64,000 nt of DNA from an uncultured Candidatus Saccharibacteria bacterium (GTDB lineage: Bacteria; Patescibacteriota; Doudnabacteria; UBA920; O2-02-FULL-48-8). The position numbers were made by a program, and so were the translations under genes. The notes under the pieces are model-generated. The model saw only the letters and a list, made by a program, of their open reading frames with translations. It was not told the origin of the DNA and ran no database searches. Numbering within the stretch: the first letter of the stretch is position 1; each line of letters opens with the position of its first letter. This document shows positions 8,748 through 19,911 of this stretch, piece by piece. The stretch covers positions 480,126 to 544,125 of the forward strand of contig CAZSDS010000001.1 of NCBI GenBank assembly GCA_964605735.1. The letters run 5' to 3'.

Positions 8748-10949
8748 ATGTACGTGTACGTCCCACGCTTTAATTTGTTGGGTTTGGTTAAAAGAATCAA
8801 ACCAACCAAGCATCTTCTGCTACCAGCGGCTGTGTTGCTGATGGCCTGCGCCATAATATTTGACATTTACAACCGTTCATTGCCTGATATAAGCAATGTT
8901 GCGGCCATTGGCCCTGTGTCTTCCAAAGTTTTGGATAGAAACGGGGTTTTATTGTATGAAATCCATGGCGAGACCAAGCGCACCCCGGTAGGTCTAAACG
9001 AAATATCCCCGCATCTGGTCAAAGCAACCATCGCCATAGAGGATGAAAGATTTTACGATCACCGCGGCGTATCCCTGATAGCAATTGCCCGGGCAGCGTA
9101 CGCCAACTACAAAGCCAAAGATATAACCCAGGGCGGCTCCACCATCACCCAACAGCTGGTCAAACTCACCTTGCTGACAAGCGAAAAATCATACCAGCGC
9201 AAGCTAAAAGAAGCAGTATTGGCCATAAAATTGGAGCGGGAGTACACAAAAGATGAAATCCTGGAGATGTATCTGAATCGCATCCCGTACGGACGAAACA
9301 CTTATGGGGCAGAGGCAGCCAGCCTGGCATACTTTGCCAAACACGCCAAGGATCTAACTTTGGCAGAGTCTGCTTATCTGGCTTCCCTGCCCAAAGCCCC
9401 ATCCCTGTACAGCCCAACCGGCGCCACCTCTGAGGAGTTGGAGCACCGCAAGAACCTGGTTTTGGACAAAATGGTCCAACAGGGCATGATTACCAAAGAA
9501 GAAAAAATTGCGGCCAGCCAGGAAAAGGTCGCGTTTACCCGCGGCAAAACAGAATTGGCTGCCCCGCACTTCGTACAATGGGTTGAGTCCTTGCTCATCC
9601 AGAAATATGGCCGCGACTATCTGGAGCAGGAAGGTTTGATTATCCAAACCACACTTGATTATGCCATGCAGTTGATAGCAGAAAAGGCTGTAGCAGACGG
9701 AGTGGAACGCAACCGCCGCCGGAACGCACATAATGCAGCGCTGGTGGCAATTGAACCGCAAACCGGATACATTTTTGCCATGGTTGGTTCAAAAAACTAT
9801 TTTGGCGTGCCGGAACCGGCAGGGTGCTCCCCTGGCGCAAACTGCGCCTTTGACCCAAAAACGAACATTGCTTTGTCCAACCGCCAGCCAGGCAGCAGCT
9901 TTAAACCATACACCTACGTCACTGCGTTTTCTGAACAATTTGGATTTGCACCGGGCTCACCCATCTTGGACAGATCTCAAAACTTCAGCAAGAACGCGGT
10001 TCCATACCGTCCGGTAAACTACAGCGGAAGGGAGTATGGACTGGTCTCAATGCGACAAGCACTGGCAGGAAGCTTGAATATTGCGGCGGTCCGGACGCTT
10101 TCCATGATTGGCGTGGACAGCGTGGTTAAAAACGTTAAAGCCATGGGCATCACCACTCCAATGGAAAGCTGCGGCCTGTCCCTGACTTTAGGCGCTTGCG
10201 AGGTTAAACTGCTGGAGCATGTAGCCGCCTTCTCTGTTCTGGCCAATTTGGGTGAAAAAGCTGATGTTACGCCACTGCTCAAGATCACAGACAAGCGTGG
10301 TCAGGTGCTGTACGAACACAAACCATTCAAAACCCGAGTCCTTAACGCCCAGGCCGCTTATGAAGTTGTGGATATAATGTCCGACAACCGCGCGCGCAGT
10401 TATATTTTCGGGAGCCGTTCACCTCTGGTTTTACCAGACAGAAAAGTTGCAGCAAAAACCGGCACCTCGCAGGACTTTAAGGACGGGTGGACAGTTGGCT
10501 TTACTCCGCAGATTGCCGCAGGAGTCTGGGTGGGCAACAACGACGGAAGGCTAATGCGCAACCAGTCAGACGGCGTGGTGGTCGCCGCCCCTATTTGGAA
10601 CCAATTCATGAGGGAAGTCCATAAAAACCAGCCAGCCCTGGATTTTGAGGCACCGAGCGGCATCCAGAGGGTCAGAATCAGCAAACATTCAGGGAAGCTG
10701 GCCACTGAACATACACCAGACGCAGTTATGGAAATTTTTGCAGATTATGCCGTGCCAAAACAGCGTGATCCTTACGTACCATCACCGGTGCTGGTGGTTG
10801 ATGAGCTGCCTGACATAGGTGGAAGCAATGAGCCTCTGCCCGGGGAAGCAACCCTACCTACCTGGGCAGAAGAAGCCAGGCAAATACTCAATTCCCGCAG
10901 GGACCAACAAAGCACAAGCCGCCGTCCACAAACCAGCAATGACAGCTAA
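8748..10949 (+). CDS. class A penicillin-binding protein (PBP1A family)
   Basis: EDERFYDH, GGSTITQQL, SSFK, SLN and KTG motifs. Confidence 0.95.
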   Translation: MYVYVPRFNLLGLVKRIKPTKHLLLPAAVLLMACAIIFDIYNRSLPDISNVAAIGPVSSKVLDRNGVLLYEIHGETKRTPVGLNEISPHLVKATIAIEDERFYDHRGVSLIAIARAAYANYKAKDITQGGSTITQQLVKLTLLTSEKSYQRKLKEAVLAIKLEREYTKDEILEMYLNRIPYGRNTYGAEAASLAYFAKHAKDLTLAESAYLASLPKAPSLYSPTGATSEELEHRKNLVLDKMVQQGMITKEEKIAASQEKVAFTRGKTELAAPHFVQWVESLLIQKYGRDYLEQEGLIIQTTLDYAMQLIAEKAVADGVERNRRRNAHNAALVAIEPQTGYIFAMVGSKNYFGVPEPAGCSPGANCAFDPKTNIALSNRQPGSSFKPYTYVTAFSEQFGFAPGSPILDRSQNFSKNAVPYRPVNYSGREYGLVSMRQALAGSLNIAAVRTLSMIGVDSVVKNVKAMGITTPMESCGLSLTLGACEVKLLEHVAAFSVLANLGEKADVTPLLKITDKRGQVLYEHKPFKTRVLNAQAAYEVVDIMSDNRARSYIFGSRSPLVLPDRKVAAKTGTSQDFKDGWTVGFTPQIAAGVWVGNNDGRLMRNQSDGVVVAAPIWNQFMREVHKNQPALDFEAPSGIQRVRISKHSGKLATEHTPDAVMEIFADYAVPKQRDPYVPSPVLVVDELPDIGGSNEPLPGEATLPTWAEEARQILNSRRDQQSTSRRPQTSNDS

Positions 10950-10973
10950 AAACCCGATCCAGTGATCGGGTTT

Positions 10974-11372
10974 TTATTTCTTCTCAAGCAATAAACAGGC
11001 AGAGTTTATACAATATCGCTTACCGCCCTTATCAGGCGGGCCATCGTCAAACAAGTGACCTAAATGAGAACCGCAGTTTTTGCATACCACTTCAGTGCGG
11101 ACCATCCCATGGCTGTTATCTTCATGCAATTCTATGTTTTTTAAATTTACCGGATCCGTAAATGACGGCCAGCCTGTTCCGGAATCAAATTTGGTTTCTG
11201 AAGAAAACAATTCCTGTCCGCACGCCGCGCATTTATACATCCCTTGTTCGTGTGAATCGTAATACTTGCCCGTGAAAGGAGCCTCAGTCCCCTTTTCCCT
11301 TAAAATTTTATACTGCTCAGGAGTCAGCTGTTCCTTCCACTCCTGTTCAGTTTTGGGTTTCTGCATTGTCAT
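10974..11372 (-). CDS. msrB: peptide-methionine (R)-S-oxide reductase
   Basis: [27 protein letters not shown]. Confidence 0.97.
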   Translation of the reverse strand: MTMQKPKTEQEWKEQLTPEQYKILREKGTEAPFTGKYYDSHEQGMYKCAACGQELFSSETKFDSGTGWPSFTDPVNLKNIELHEDNSHGMVRTEVVCKNCGSHLGHLFDDGPPDKGGKRYCINSACLLLEKK

Positions 11373-11464
11373 AACCGCCTTTCTTTAAGTACACCCAGTT
11401 TAAGACTTTTCCAATAAAAAGAAAAGGCCGGTTTCCCGGCCAGCGAACATGAACGTACCATCAA

Positions 11465-11668
11465 CTACTCAATTTCCTGATTGATGCGCGAATCATGCTC
11501 ATCAATACAGTACTCTGGAACAAGCGGATCCCAGTTATTAGGATCACTGTTTCTTGGGAACCGTCTCCGGTCCCTGGCGGCAACAAGCTTAATGCCGTTG
11601 TTTTCAAGCACCTGTACCATGCACGTCTGCACGTGAACGGCTTCCCCCTTGATGTTGTTTTGATTCAT
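11465..11668 (-). CDS. small hypothetical protein
   Basis: SD GAGGTG before ATG; own terminator 11416-11441. Confidence 0.5.
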   Translation of the reverse strand: MNQNNIKGEAVHVQTCMVQVLENNGIKLVAARDRRRFPRNSDPNNWDPLVPEYCIDEHDSRINQEIE

Positions 11669-11823
11669 TCACACCTCACTGGATAATTCCGCGATTAGGC
11701 AAACTCATATTACCAACCCGCATCCGGATTTCCTATGGACACTAAACGCAGGCTTAAGCAATTTTATTTGGTCATTTCAGACAACAAAAAACCCGCCCTT
11801 GTGGGCGAGTTTTCAAGGTTTAT

Positions 11824-12450
11824 TTAACGCCTTTTTGCAAGAAACACGGCCACAACAGACACAGCAACAGCAATCATGCTTAAGAACAAAGAATCGTCGT
11901 ATTTTTTGGATTGTTCAGTTTGCTGAACTGTGGGAGCAGGATCGCTCAAGTCATCTATGACTTTAGTCTGGCTGGCTGGACCGAATTGGGAAAAATCAGA
12001 TGAGCCGTCGGTATTCTTGGGTTGCTCCTGGTTTGGCGCCAGCTCCCAGGCAACTACAGTCCCATCGCGGTAGGTCTGGTAAGCTTTCCACAACAAAGTT
12101 GACTCCTGGCCCGGTACTTTGGCGCTGAAAGTGAAATCGTCCCGGAAATTGGCTGGGATACTTCCGCCAGTCCAAATAACTTCCTTCACGACGTTTCCGT
12201 GGTCACCTTCCCCTTCCTGCACAAGTCTGATGTTCCATCCTGGTTTTACCGTTGGGGATACGTGCTCCAATCCTTCCGGTACCACAAGTCTTATGCCAGT
12301 GGTTGGCATATCCTTTTCGCTAGGAACGGAAATAGAAAATGTTTGGAACGAACCAACTCCAGCTTCGCTCGGTTTTACTGTAACATGGGCAGAAGCTGAT
12401 CCGGCTATAAACAAGGCCAAGACCGGCAAAATTGCTATGATTTTTTTCAT
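11824..12450 (-). CDS. YcnI/DUF1775 family copper-binding membrane protein
   Basis: signal peptide then AHVTVKP; KPGW; C-terminal TM helix. Confidence 0.85.
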   Translation of the reverse strand: MKKIIAILPVLALFIAGSASAHVTVKPSEAGVGSFQTFSISVPSEKDMPTTGIRLVVPEGLEHVSPTVKPGWNIRLVQEGEGDHGNVVKEVIWTGGSIPANFRDDFTFSAKVPGQESTLLWKAYQTYRDGTVVAWELAPNQEQPKNTDGSSDFSQFGPASQTKVIDDLSDPAPTVQQTEQSKKYDDSLFLSMIAVAVSVVAVFLAKRR

Positions 12451-13004
12451 TTGTTTCTCTTTCTTAATTTGCTGAATAGCTCATATACAATTATACCAGA
12501 AATAATTACAGCGCCACCAATAATGTAGTAATTCCGCAAAGAATTGTCTGCTTCATCAGCTGCCTGCTGGACGGGAGCTGTTGCGGACTCGCGGTCCACA
12601 CGGACATCATAATCAAGCCTGAAATCTGGATAGTAATCAGCCTTTGAACTGCCCTGCAGGGTAACCACATACAGACCGCGGCGCGGGAAGGTATAATCCA
12701 CGCGCGAAACATTAACCCCCCAATCCGGGGCTTCGTCTTCCGGCGTCAGTAATCTATCCACCAGAACCTCACCACCAAGTTTTATGGTCACCTGGCACTC
12801 GCAGTCAGGAAAAGTGAATTTTTCCGCCTTGTCAGTGACTGAAAAATATAACTGAGCTGGTTCACGGGCAATTGGATCGTCTTCCGGATCCCTATGGAGC
12901 AAAATCTCCAGCGTGCCAGTTGTTTTAATTTCATGCGCACTGCCTGCGTAAGGCAAAAACGCGAGCACTGCAAGCAAAACGGAAAGAAAAATTTTCTTCA
13001 TCAT
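12447..13004 (-). CDS. secreted membrane-anchored protein with N-terminal His (putative metal binding)
   Basis: signal peptide, AHE, CxC, C-terminal TM; overlaps the YcnI-family gene start. Confidence 0.65.
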   Translation of the reverse strand: MMKKIFLSVLLAVLAFLPYAGSAHEIKTTGTLEILLHRDPEDDPIAREPAQLYFSVTDKAEKFTFPDCECQVTIKLGGEVLVDRLLTPEDEAPDWGVNVSRVDYTFPRRGLYVVTLQGSSKADYYPDFRLDYDVRVDRESATAPVQQAADEADNSLRNYYIIGGAVIISGIIVYELFSKLRKRNK

Positions 13005-13017
13005 TTATTTCCTAAGA

Positions 13018-13632
13018 TTATTCTTCCAAAAATGCCACGACTATGAATCTTTTAAAAGCCGTACCAATCGGATAAGAAGTTTGCAAAGTTAATTGTTTTT
13101 TTGAAAAGTCCTGGTTGAGCACACCCAGGTCTGAGGGGCTGATTACTTTGGTTTCTGCGGCAGCGTACTTATATATTTTGCCCTGCGGATCGCTTATTTC
13201 AATTATATCACCTTGCTTTATTTTCGGAAGAAGGGCAAAAACCGTTTTGTAGTTTCCTGGTGCAGTTGGAAAATCTGACGAGTGTCCAAATATATAAACA
13301 TTACCCGGTTCTCCGGGATGAGCCGTGTTCGGATAATGCACCACCCCGTTCTGCAGTGCCTTCTGGAAACTGTCTTCGTCTTCGTCATCCGTGTAGACCA
13401 CCGGAGCTGTAATTCCAAGCGACGGTATGCTGATCCGGTCAGGCTCGCCGCTTGGCTCAAGCTCTTCAGTTTCCGTTGAGGACGGCTGGACTTGCGGCGG
13501 ATCCAGATAATATTTGACTTGGACGTACAGGTACTGCCAATTGAGAACAGAATAAACCAAAACAATCGCAGCAATCAGCTTAAGTCCAATTTTCACATGT
13601 TTCATAAAATCATAATAACCCGGACCAAACAA
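13018..13632 (-). CDS. sortase
   Basis: N-terminal TM; GNVYIFGHSS; LTLQTSY...R (catalytic Cys position is Ser). Confidence 0.85.
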   Translation of the reverse strand: MFGPGYYDFMKHVKIGLKLIAAIVLVYSVLNWQYLYVQVKYYLDPPQVQPSSTETEELEPSGEPDRISIPSLGITAPVVYTDDEDEDSFQKALQNGVVHYPNTAHPGEPGNVYIFGHSSDFPTAPGNYKTVFALLPKIKQGDIIEISDPQGKIYKYAAAETKVISPSDLGVLNQDFSKKQLTLQTSYPIGTAFKRFIVVAFLEE

Positions 13633-13670
13633 AAATACCAGCTAATTGCTGGTATTTTCGTGTTTGCAAG

Positions 13671-16600
13671 TTATGCTTTCTTTTTTCTTCCGAATAGCGG
13701 AATGAGGCCAGCCGCCGGAATGACCAGCATCCATGATAAGGCAAAACCCGTTCTAGGAAGAGTTTTACCCTCAGGCTCTGCTTCCGTGCTTTCCCCGAGA
13801 ACTAATCCCTGTTGGTTATTGCCACCATCTGTGGATGGAGGAGGTGGAGGAGTTGGTCCCCCGCCGCCACCGCCAAAAGTGGTGATACAGTTTGCGGTAC
13901 AGCCGCCTTGTGAAGTATTCCTGACACCGAAATCTCTCTCAACATGATCATCACTGTCAACAATAACATCATGCTTAGCCTCTGGTGTTGGGAAAATTAT
14001 TTCCCAATCTTGGCTTTGCAACACCAACCTCACTGTATAAGAACCATCAGCAAGACTGACGAAGCTATATGGCGAGGCAGTAACATCGCTTGGCTCATCC
14101 TCGTCATGCACGCCGTCATTGTCCAAATCAAGGTACACCAGCCAGTCAGACAAAGAATTTTCAGGAGTCATTTCATCCTCTTCCAAAGTTCCGTTGTTGT
14201 TTGCATCATTGTAGACTGAGCCGCTGATGGAACCTGGGGTATCCAGCGGTCCACAATCCTCGCCTTCACAACCGCCGCCATCATCCCCGTCCCCGCAGTT
14301 TTCGCCGCGGCATGGTTCAGAGCTGGTTGAATGGTTACCAAAGTCATAGCCGAAGAATTCATCACCAGCCAGCAGATTAATTGAATGGTAATCATTTGGC
14401 TGAGGATAGGTCTGCTCCCATCCGTCCTGTGGAACCTCAAAAATCAAAACATTTCCAACTGATCCATCCAAAGTCAGAGTGTAATCGCCACTGAGGTCCG
14501 TAACGTCATAAGCGAGGACTTTATAAATCTTGACCTGAAGACTGCCGCTGTTGTCGCCGTACCAGCCTGGGTTGATTGTGTTCGTGTCAGGATTGCCGTC
14601 AAAGACTTTGAAATTCAATGAGCCGCCGCCTGTGGAATGCAGTCTGTAATAGTCATGGTCAGCGACGAACGAACCCCAGTCAACGAAATTGTTGTCCATT
14701 TGCAGGTCAAGCAAATTCCAGTAGTCGTTCAAACCAAATACGGTCCAGGCAGGATCGCCGTCCATGCCTGCGGTTGCAAAACCGTCATAACTGTTGTATT
14801 CAGCGTCCACTGTGTCTTGTCCGTTGCGGTTAAGCCATGTCCCTGAAACGTGGATAAAGTACTGACCAGCGGCCAGAGCCGGAGAATCTACTCCGTCCTG
14901 ATCCTGCGAATCAACCGCAAAGTCTGCAACCGGTGTTGGATCAACAGCAATAATGGTCCAACCTGGGAGCCCACCCTCATCAGAAGTGCCGTCTGGCAAT
15001 TCTCCGTCTTTGTCTTTGTCATTCCACTTCATTCCGGAAACTGTTTTTTCACAGGTTAGGTAGTGAGCCTGCACTGCGTCAATGTCAAAGCCATCAGCAT
15101 CAGCTGCGTTATTAAGGCCAAAGTTGGTGCTGTCAGTAAGCATGACGTATTTAAACCAAGTCAGGCCACTGCCTGAAATATCAATGCCAGTTGTGCCAGA
15201 AGGTTTGCTTGAAGCAACCCCTACCTGGACCCAACCCACTCCATCCTGGCTGATTTTTACCTGCGCCTGCTCTTCAGGATAGGAAGCTCGACCATTTGTA
15301 ATTTCATATATGGTCAGGTCTGCGCCGGCCCCATCAACAACCATTCCCCCAAAACCCAAAGTGATGCTTCCGCCTTTACCCAAGCTGTAAAACATGCCTT
15401 CAGCCGGACCATTTGGCGCGCCGAGCACATCTGAACTGTCAGAGCGTGATGCCAAAACAGGCGTGTTATTTTTGCGCAAACCTTGATTCTCTCCCAGAAC
15501 GTCAGTTGCCCAAGTTGAGGTGATTACGCAAGGTTCAATGAGTTCAATTTCTTTATTGACTACGTTGAAGGTTTCCGTAGGCTCATCCACTTCAACCGGA
15601 CCAGTGCCGCTAACCAATTCCCAGCCTTCTTCCATCAGTTCGCTGAGGTCATATTCTCCCAATGGCACTTTCTGGAAAGTTACACAACCATTCTCACCAG
15701 TTATACCCATGTAACCTTCATAAATATCAACGGTCAAAAAATCGCTGTTATCTGCGTACTGGTCATCCAGGATGCGGAATTTCATCTCAGAACCTGGGTG
15801 GGACACTGAAGTGTGATAAATATGGCTCGGATTGAACTCTGAACCCCAGTCTGTGAATGATTCATTAATCTGGATCCCCAGCCAACCTGTGTGCGGATTA
15901 GAAAAATCGTTGACTCTTACCCATGGAGCATATGGCCCGCCATAAACAGTATCCGATTCCAATCGCTTGGAGTAGGCCGCGTCAGAAACGCTGGCATCAG
16001 GATCGCTTGGCCTATAAGTGTATTCACCGCTGGCCCTGACCACATAATTACCGGCTGGCAAAGAACCTGATAAATAATTTGTTCCGTTCGGATATACCTG
16101 CACTGTGCCAACGTGATCACCCAACAGGAACATGGTCCAGCCTGGCAATGCGGTATTTTCAGAAACTTCCGTATCGTACTTGCAGATTGTAACTGTTGAA
16201 CTGCAATACTCATTCTGCAAAACTACATTGTCCAAAAAACTTCCAAATGAATCAGCTGTCCCCGCTTCACGGAACTCCAGTTTGCTGATGCCGTCAATTC
16301 CTACAACTGTCACGGTTTCGTCTGACCAATCAACGCCTGCCTGCCCCTCCCTTGTCACGGAATGAACTTCCACGCCGTTCCAGAACACTTTCAGGATGCT
16401 GGTAGCGCCTGCGTTCCCCGGTCTAGGAGAGTATGCAAATGCCAGTTTGTAATCAACACCTTCTTGTGTAGGAATGTTTTGATAAAGCGAAATATTTGCT
16501 GGTTCGCCTGAGGTGCTAGAAGCTGGCCCGAACCAGTCAGCATCCATTTCAGCATGCTGCACGCCATCTGCTGAGGTCCAACCATTTACTCCCTTGTGCA

Positions 16601-17525
16601 ATTCCAGATTGGCGATTGCAGGTTTGGTGTCGCTGTTAAAGCTGGGGCCTACGTCAGCAGTCCATTTTATCACCCATCCCATGCCGGGCGTACCGCTTAG
16701 GTAAACATCCCAGTTCTGAGATGAGGTAACGACTGGAAATTCAAAACTGCCGTTAACAACCATATTCTGTCCGCAAGGAACGACTTCGTTTGTCGGCTCT
16801 TCAGGTTCTTCAGGCTCTTCCTCAACCAAGGTGTTTGTAAACGTACAGGTGACCACCTCATTGGCGTTCAATTCAATGATTGCTGATCTATCGGCTAGAT
16901 TTACCTCAGAGTTGCTGTCATCACATACAATCGAACTCAGTACTGAATTTTGCGAAGCATCCTCAGTGACATGATACGGTACACTATTTTTTTGAGAATT
17001 AGCCGGGACATTTTCAAATACAATCTGATTGCTAAATGTGTCATCTACACCGCCGTCATCATCAAGAATAAAGGAACTTGGAATAAGTTTTGGGGCAGTG
17101 AAATTAAAATCCTGGCCATTGTCAGGCACCGTATCTTTTACGATTATGATTGTTCCGTATTCGTCTTCACAATCTTTTTTATTATTTGCCTCGTCGTAGC
17201 AAGGATAGCCTTCGTTCTCTTCCTGCGCATTATCTTCTCCTTTTTTATCCTCACACTTGCCGTTATCCGAATGGTTTTCGCATTGCGGACCGTTGTCTTT
17301 CCCGTTGTTGCCATCATTCCCTTGGTTTCCATTGTCTGGGATATCAAACCTGTTGGCATTCATTTCTTCGGCGTAAACCGTATTTGGGAAAACCGGGACC
17401 AGCAACTGAACCACCAGAGCCAAAACCGCAAAACCCGCCAAAATCGACTTGATTTGGCTGGTTTGGGTCCCATGGCTCCTGCGGTATTTAGAAATTGAGT
17501 ATTTCATATACTTTCTTAAGACCAT
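13671..17525 (-). CDS. large LPXTG cell-surface protein (SdrD-B/Ig-like and DUF642-like domains)
   Basis: signal peptide; ISGSVYNDANNNG; C-terminal LPRTG + hydrophobic helix + RKKK. Confidence 0.85.
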   Translation of the reverse strand: MVLRKYMKYSISKYRRSHGTQTSQIKSILAGFAVLALVVQLLVPVFPNTVYAEEMNANRFDIPDNGNQGNDGNNGKDNGPQCENHSDNGKCEDKKGEDNAQEENEGYPCYDEANNKKDCEDEYGTIIIVKDTVPDNGQDFNFTAPKLIPSSFILDDDGGVDDTFSNQIVFENVPANSQKNSVPYHVTEDASQNSVLSSIVCDDSNSEVNLADRSAIIELNANEVVTCTFTNTLVEEEPEEPEEPTNEVVPCGQNMVVNGSFEFPVVTSSQNWDVYLSGTPGMGWVIKWTADVGPSFNSDTKPAIANLELHKGVNGWTSADGVQHAEMDADWFGPASSTSGEPANISLYQNIPTQEGVDYKLAFAYSPRPGNAGATSILKVFWNGVEVHSVTREGQAGVDWSDETVTVVGIDGISKLEFREAGTADSFGSFLDNVVLQNEYCSSTVTICKYDTEVSENTALPGWTMFLLGDHVGTVQVYPNGTNYLSGSLPAGNYVVRASGEYTYRPSDPDASVSDAAYSKRLESDTVYGGPYAPWVRVNDFSNPHTGWLGIQINESFTDWGSEFNPSHIYHTSVSHPGSEMKFRILDDQYADNSDFLTVDIYEGYMGITGENGCVTFQKVPLGEYDLSELMEEGWELVSGTGPVEVDEPTETFNVVNKEIELIEPCVITSTWATDVLGENQGLRKNNTPVLASRSDSSDVLGAPNGPAEGMFYSLGKGGSITLGFGGMVVDGAGADLTIYEITNGRASYPEEQAQVKISQDGVGWVQVGVASSKPSGTTGIDISGSGLTWFKYVMLTDSTNFGLNNAADADGFDIDAVQAHYLTCEKTVSGMKWNDKDKDGELPDGTSDEGGLPGWTIIAVDPTPVADFAVDSQDQDGVDSPALAAGQYFIHVSGTWLNRNGQDTVDAEYNSYDGFATAGMDGDPAWTVFGLNDYWNLLDLQMDNNFVDWGSFVADHDYYRLHSTGGGSLNFKVFDGNPDTNTINPGWYGDNSGSLQVKIYKVLAYDVTDLSGDYTLTLDGSVGNVLIFEVPQDGWEQTYPQPNDYHSINLLAGDEFFGYDFGNHSTSSEPCRGENCGDGDDGGGCEGEDCGPLDTPGSISGSVYNDANNNGTLEEDEMTPENSLSDWLVYLDLDNDGVHDEDEPSDVTASPYSFVSLADGSYTVRLVLQSQDWEIIFPTPEAKHDVIVDSDDHVERDFGVRNTSQGGCTANCITTFGGGGGGPTPPPPPSTDGGNNQQGLVLGESTEAEPEGKTLPRTGFALSWMLVIPAAGLIPLFGRKKKA

Positions 17526-17747
17526 AATTGTTAAAAAAGCCCAGGTTTTTCGAATAAAAAAAGCCCTTCCAGGCTCCTGTTCCCTTTATTTCAAAATAAG
17601 TATAACGGGAGCAATAAACGCAGTCAACGTTTGTACCTTAAGTGGTTAATGACACCATAAACTGACTAAAAATCCAAATTATTACGCCTTGCTCCCTCAT
17701 ATGTTTCACCTATTCCTATTTTAACGGCCTGCCGATATATTTTCTCC

Positions 17748-18551
17748 ATGACGGAATTCACATCAATTGCCACAACCCACCTGAAAGGGTTTTCCAAAGC
17801 TTTCGTATCTCTCATTAAAAGAAACGACTACGATATAATTGTTGGCCCTGCAAACTCAGGGTCAGCGATGATTGTGTTTGCGGAGATTACAGCCCAGGCC
17901 GCGAGCCTGAATTTTCCACCAACCTTGATCCTCCCCATTTTCACCAACAACGCACCTCGTCCAAACTTCAACAATGACTTCTTGATTCCCAAAATCCAGA
18001 CAAATCCCTCTCTGGAGGAGACATACCGGCGAATTTTGTTCATTGACGACGAAATCAGCGTAGGTGAATCCTTTTATTCCTGCATGAATTTGCTCAAAAA
18101 ATCGGGGAAACTTGCAGAGGACGCGGAATGCACAATTCTCGCGGAAGGAAACGGGCAAACCTGGGAATACCCTTTCACAGGCATTTCCACAGACTTTCTT
18201 CCTTATGCCATCAAACCGAACGCCAGCTGGCACGGTTTGATCTTTAACCTGATGCCAGACCACATCCTTGAGGAATTCCAAGATAAGGTTGATTATCGAC
18301 TCACACCGAAAGAAACAGCTTGTTTGCTTTTCTCCCTTCCATTGAAAGACATGCTCAATGGCTCGCCTTTTCTTAATTACGAAACGCTTGAACGAAGTGA
18401 AAAAAGGCTGCCTAAACTGATGGAACTGCAAGGACAGTGGCTGGAATTATGCGCCCTTGTGATAACCCGGGCTGTCCACGAACAACGCACCAAAGAACAA
18501 GCGTCCCCTCCTGAAATAATCAGTTTGAATAAGTTGTTGTTCGAATTCTGA
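17748..18551 (+). CDS. phosphoribosyltransferase-fold protein
   Basis: ILFIDDEISVGES resembles the PRPP-binding loop. Confidence 0.6.
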   Translation: MTEFTSIATTHLKGFSKAFVSLIKRNDYDIIVGPANSGSAMIVFAEITAQAASLNFPPTLILPIFTNNAPRPNFNNDFLIPKIQTNPSLEETYRRILFIDDEISVGESFYSCMNLLKKSGKLAEDAECTILAEGNGQTWEYPFTGISTDFLPYAIKPNASWHGLIFNLMPDHILEEFQDKVDYRLTPKETACLLFSLPLKDMLNGSPFLNYETLERSEKRLPKLMELQGQWLELCALVITRAVHEQRTKEQASPPEIISLNKLLFEF

Positions 18552-18556
18552 TCGTT

Positions 18557-19846
18557 TCAACTCTCTGAATTTTTGCTCTCCGGTTTTTTGCGGCCGCGCC
18601 TGAAAATGTTCGCGGCCGCCCCGCCAAAAAACTCCCCTGTATAATCCCGCCCTTTTTTCAACAGCTGGTAAAGTGTCGGCATCCTCCCTGGATCATATAT
18701 TTCGGACCAGGGATTTTTTCGTCCCCTCACCAAATCAGTCAGCAACATGGCGGTTATTCCTGAATAAGTCATGCCGTTTCCGGAAAACGCGGTCCCAACA
18801 TACTGGTCCGGATATGTCTGCCCTATCAAAGCCAAACCATCACTGGGCTCCAGGATCGGCCCATTCCATTTCCTGGTGATGCGGTATTCAATCCCCGAAA
18901 AAAACTCGGCCAGATAATCCTCCAGCGCCTTAAAATTCTTTTCCTGGTCCATTTTAATTTCCTTCCTGTGGTCCTGTCCGCCAACGACCATCCTGTCATG
19001 TCCGCCGTCAACCGCATCCACACGGAAATAATTGTAAGGATTGTCATCATCCCAGTATATCGCCTCCGGCAAAATTCCCTGGGGAATCTCCGCCTCAAAA
19101 ACGTAGCTGACATACATACCCTTTTTGAAATATGTTGGACGCGGATTGTTGAAAGGCTGATAAGTGGTGACAATCAGCTTGCCAGCGCTGATTTTCCCTT
19201 CGGGTGTGCCAACCTCCCAGCCATTTTCAGTTTTCTCAACGCTAACAGCTTCCGAATTCTCGTAAATAACAACACCCTGCTGGCTTGCTTTTTCAGCCAA
19301 TTGCCACAAAAATTTCAGCGGATGAAACTTGGCCTGGTCCTTGGTTTCCATAACTCCGTAATTTTTGAACTGAAACGGATTGGTTCGGTGCAGATCCACT
19401 TCAAACCCCATTTTCCTGGCGGTCGTATATTCTTCCTCAAGCTCCTCCAGCCCGTCTTTGCTGATTGTATAAACATAAGCCGAACAGCGCATAAATTCGC
19501 AATCCAGTTTTTCGGCTTTGATAATATCTTCCAGTAAATCAATTGCCTCGCCATGCGAATCCCACACCAGCCGGGCATTTTTAGGCCCATACATTTTTAC
19601 CAACTCCCTGAGGTCTGTGTCTATATCCTGAGTGATAAAAGCCGTGGTATATTCAGTTGCCCCAGACCCGATTTGATCCCTTTCCAGGACAGTGACTTTC
19701 AACCCTTCTTTGTTCAGCAAATATGCAGTCAAAATGCCGGCCAGTCCCCCGCCGACAATAACAACATCCGTTCTTTCTTTACGGGTAAGTTTGGGGTAAT
19801 CCTTAATCCTCTCATTTTTCCATGTTGGCTGTTCTCTTATGCTCAT
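18557..19846 (-). CDS. FAD-dependent oxidoreductase (DAO/PuuB-like)
   Basis: VVIVGGGLAG, FHPLKF, FSGNGMTYS. Confidence 0.88.
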   Translation of the reverse strand: MSIREQPTWKNERIKDYPKLTRKERTDVVIVGGGLAGILTAYLLNKEGLKVTVLERDQIGSGATEYTTAFITQDIDTDLRELVKMYGPKNARLVWDSHGEAIDLLEDIIKAEKLDCEFMRCSAYVYTISKDGLEELEEEYTTARKMGFEVDLHRTNPFQFKNYGVMETKDQAKFHPLKFLWQLAEKASQQGVVIYENSEAVSVEKTENGWEVGTPEGKISAGKLIVTTYQPFNNPRPTYFKKGMYVSYVFEAEIPQGILPEAIYWDDDNPYNYFRVDAVDGGHDRMVVGGQDHRKEIKMDQEKNFKALEDYLAEFFSGIEYRITRKWNGPILEPSDGLALIGQTYPDQYVGTAFSGNGMTYSGITAMLLTDLVRGRKNPWSEIYDPGRMPTLYQLLKKGRDYTGEFFGGAAANIFRRGRKKPESKNSES

Positions 19847-19911
19847 ATATAAAGCTTAAAATAAAACAGACATATAACCATTGGTTATATGTCCAAAGCA
19901 AATTTATTTAT

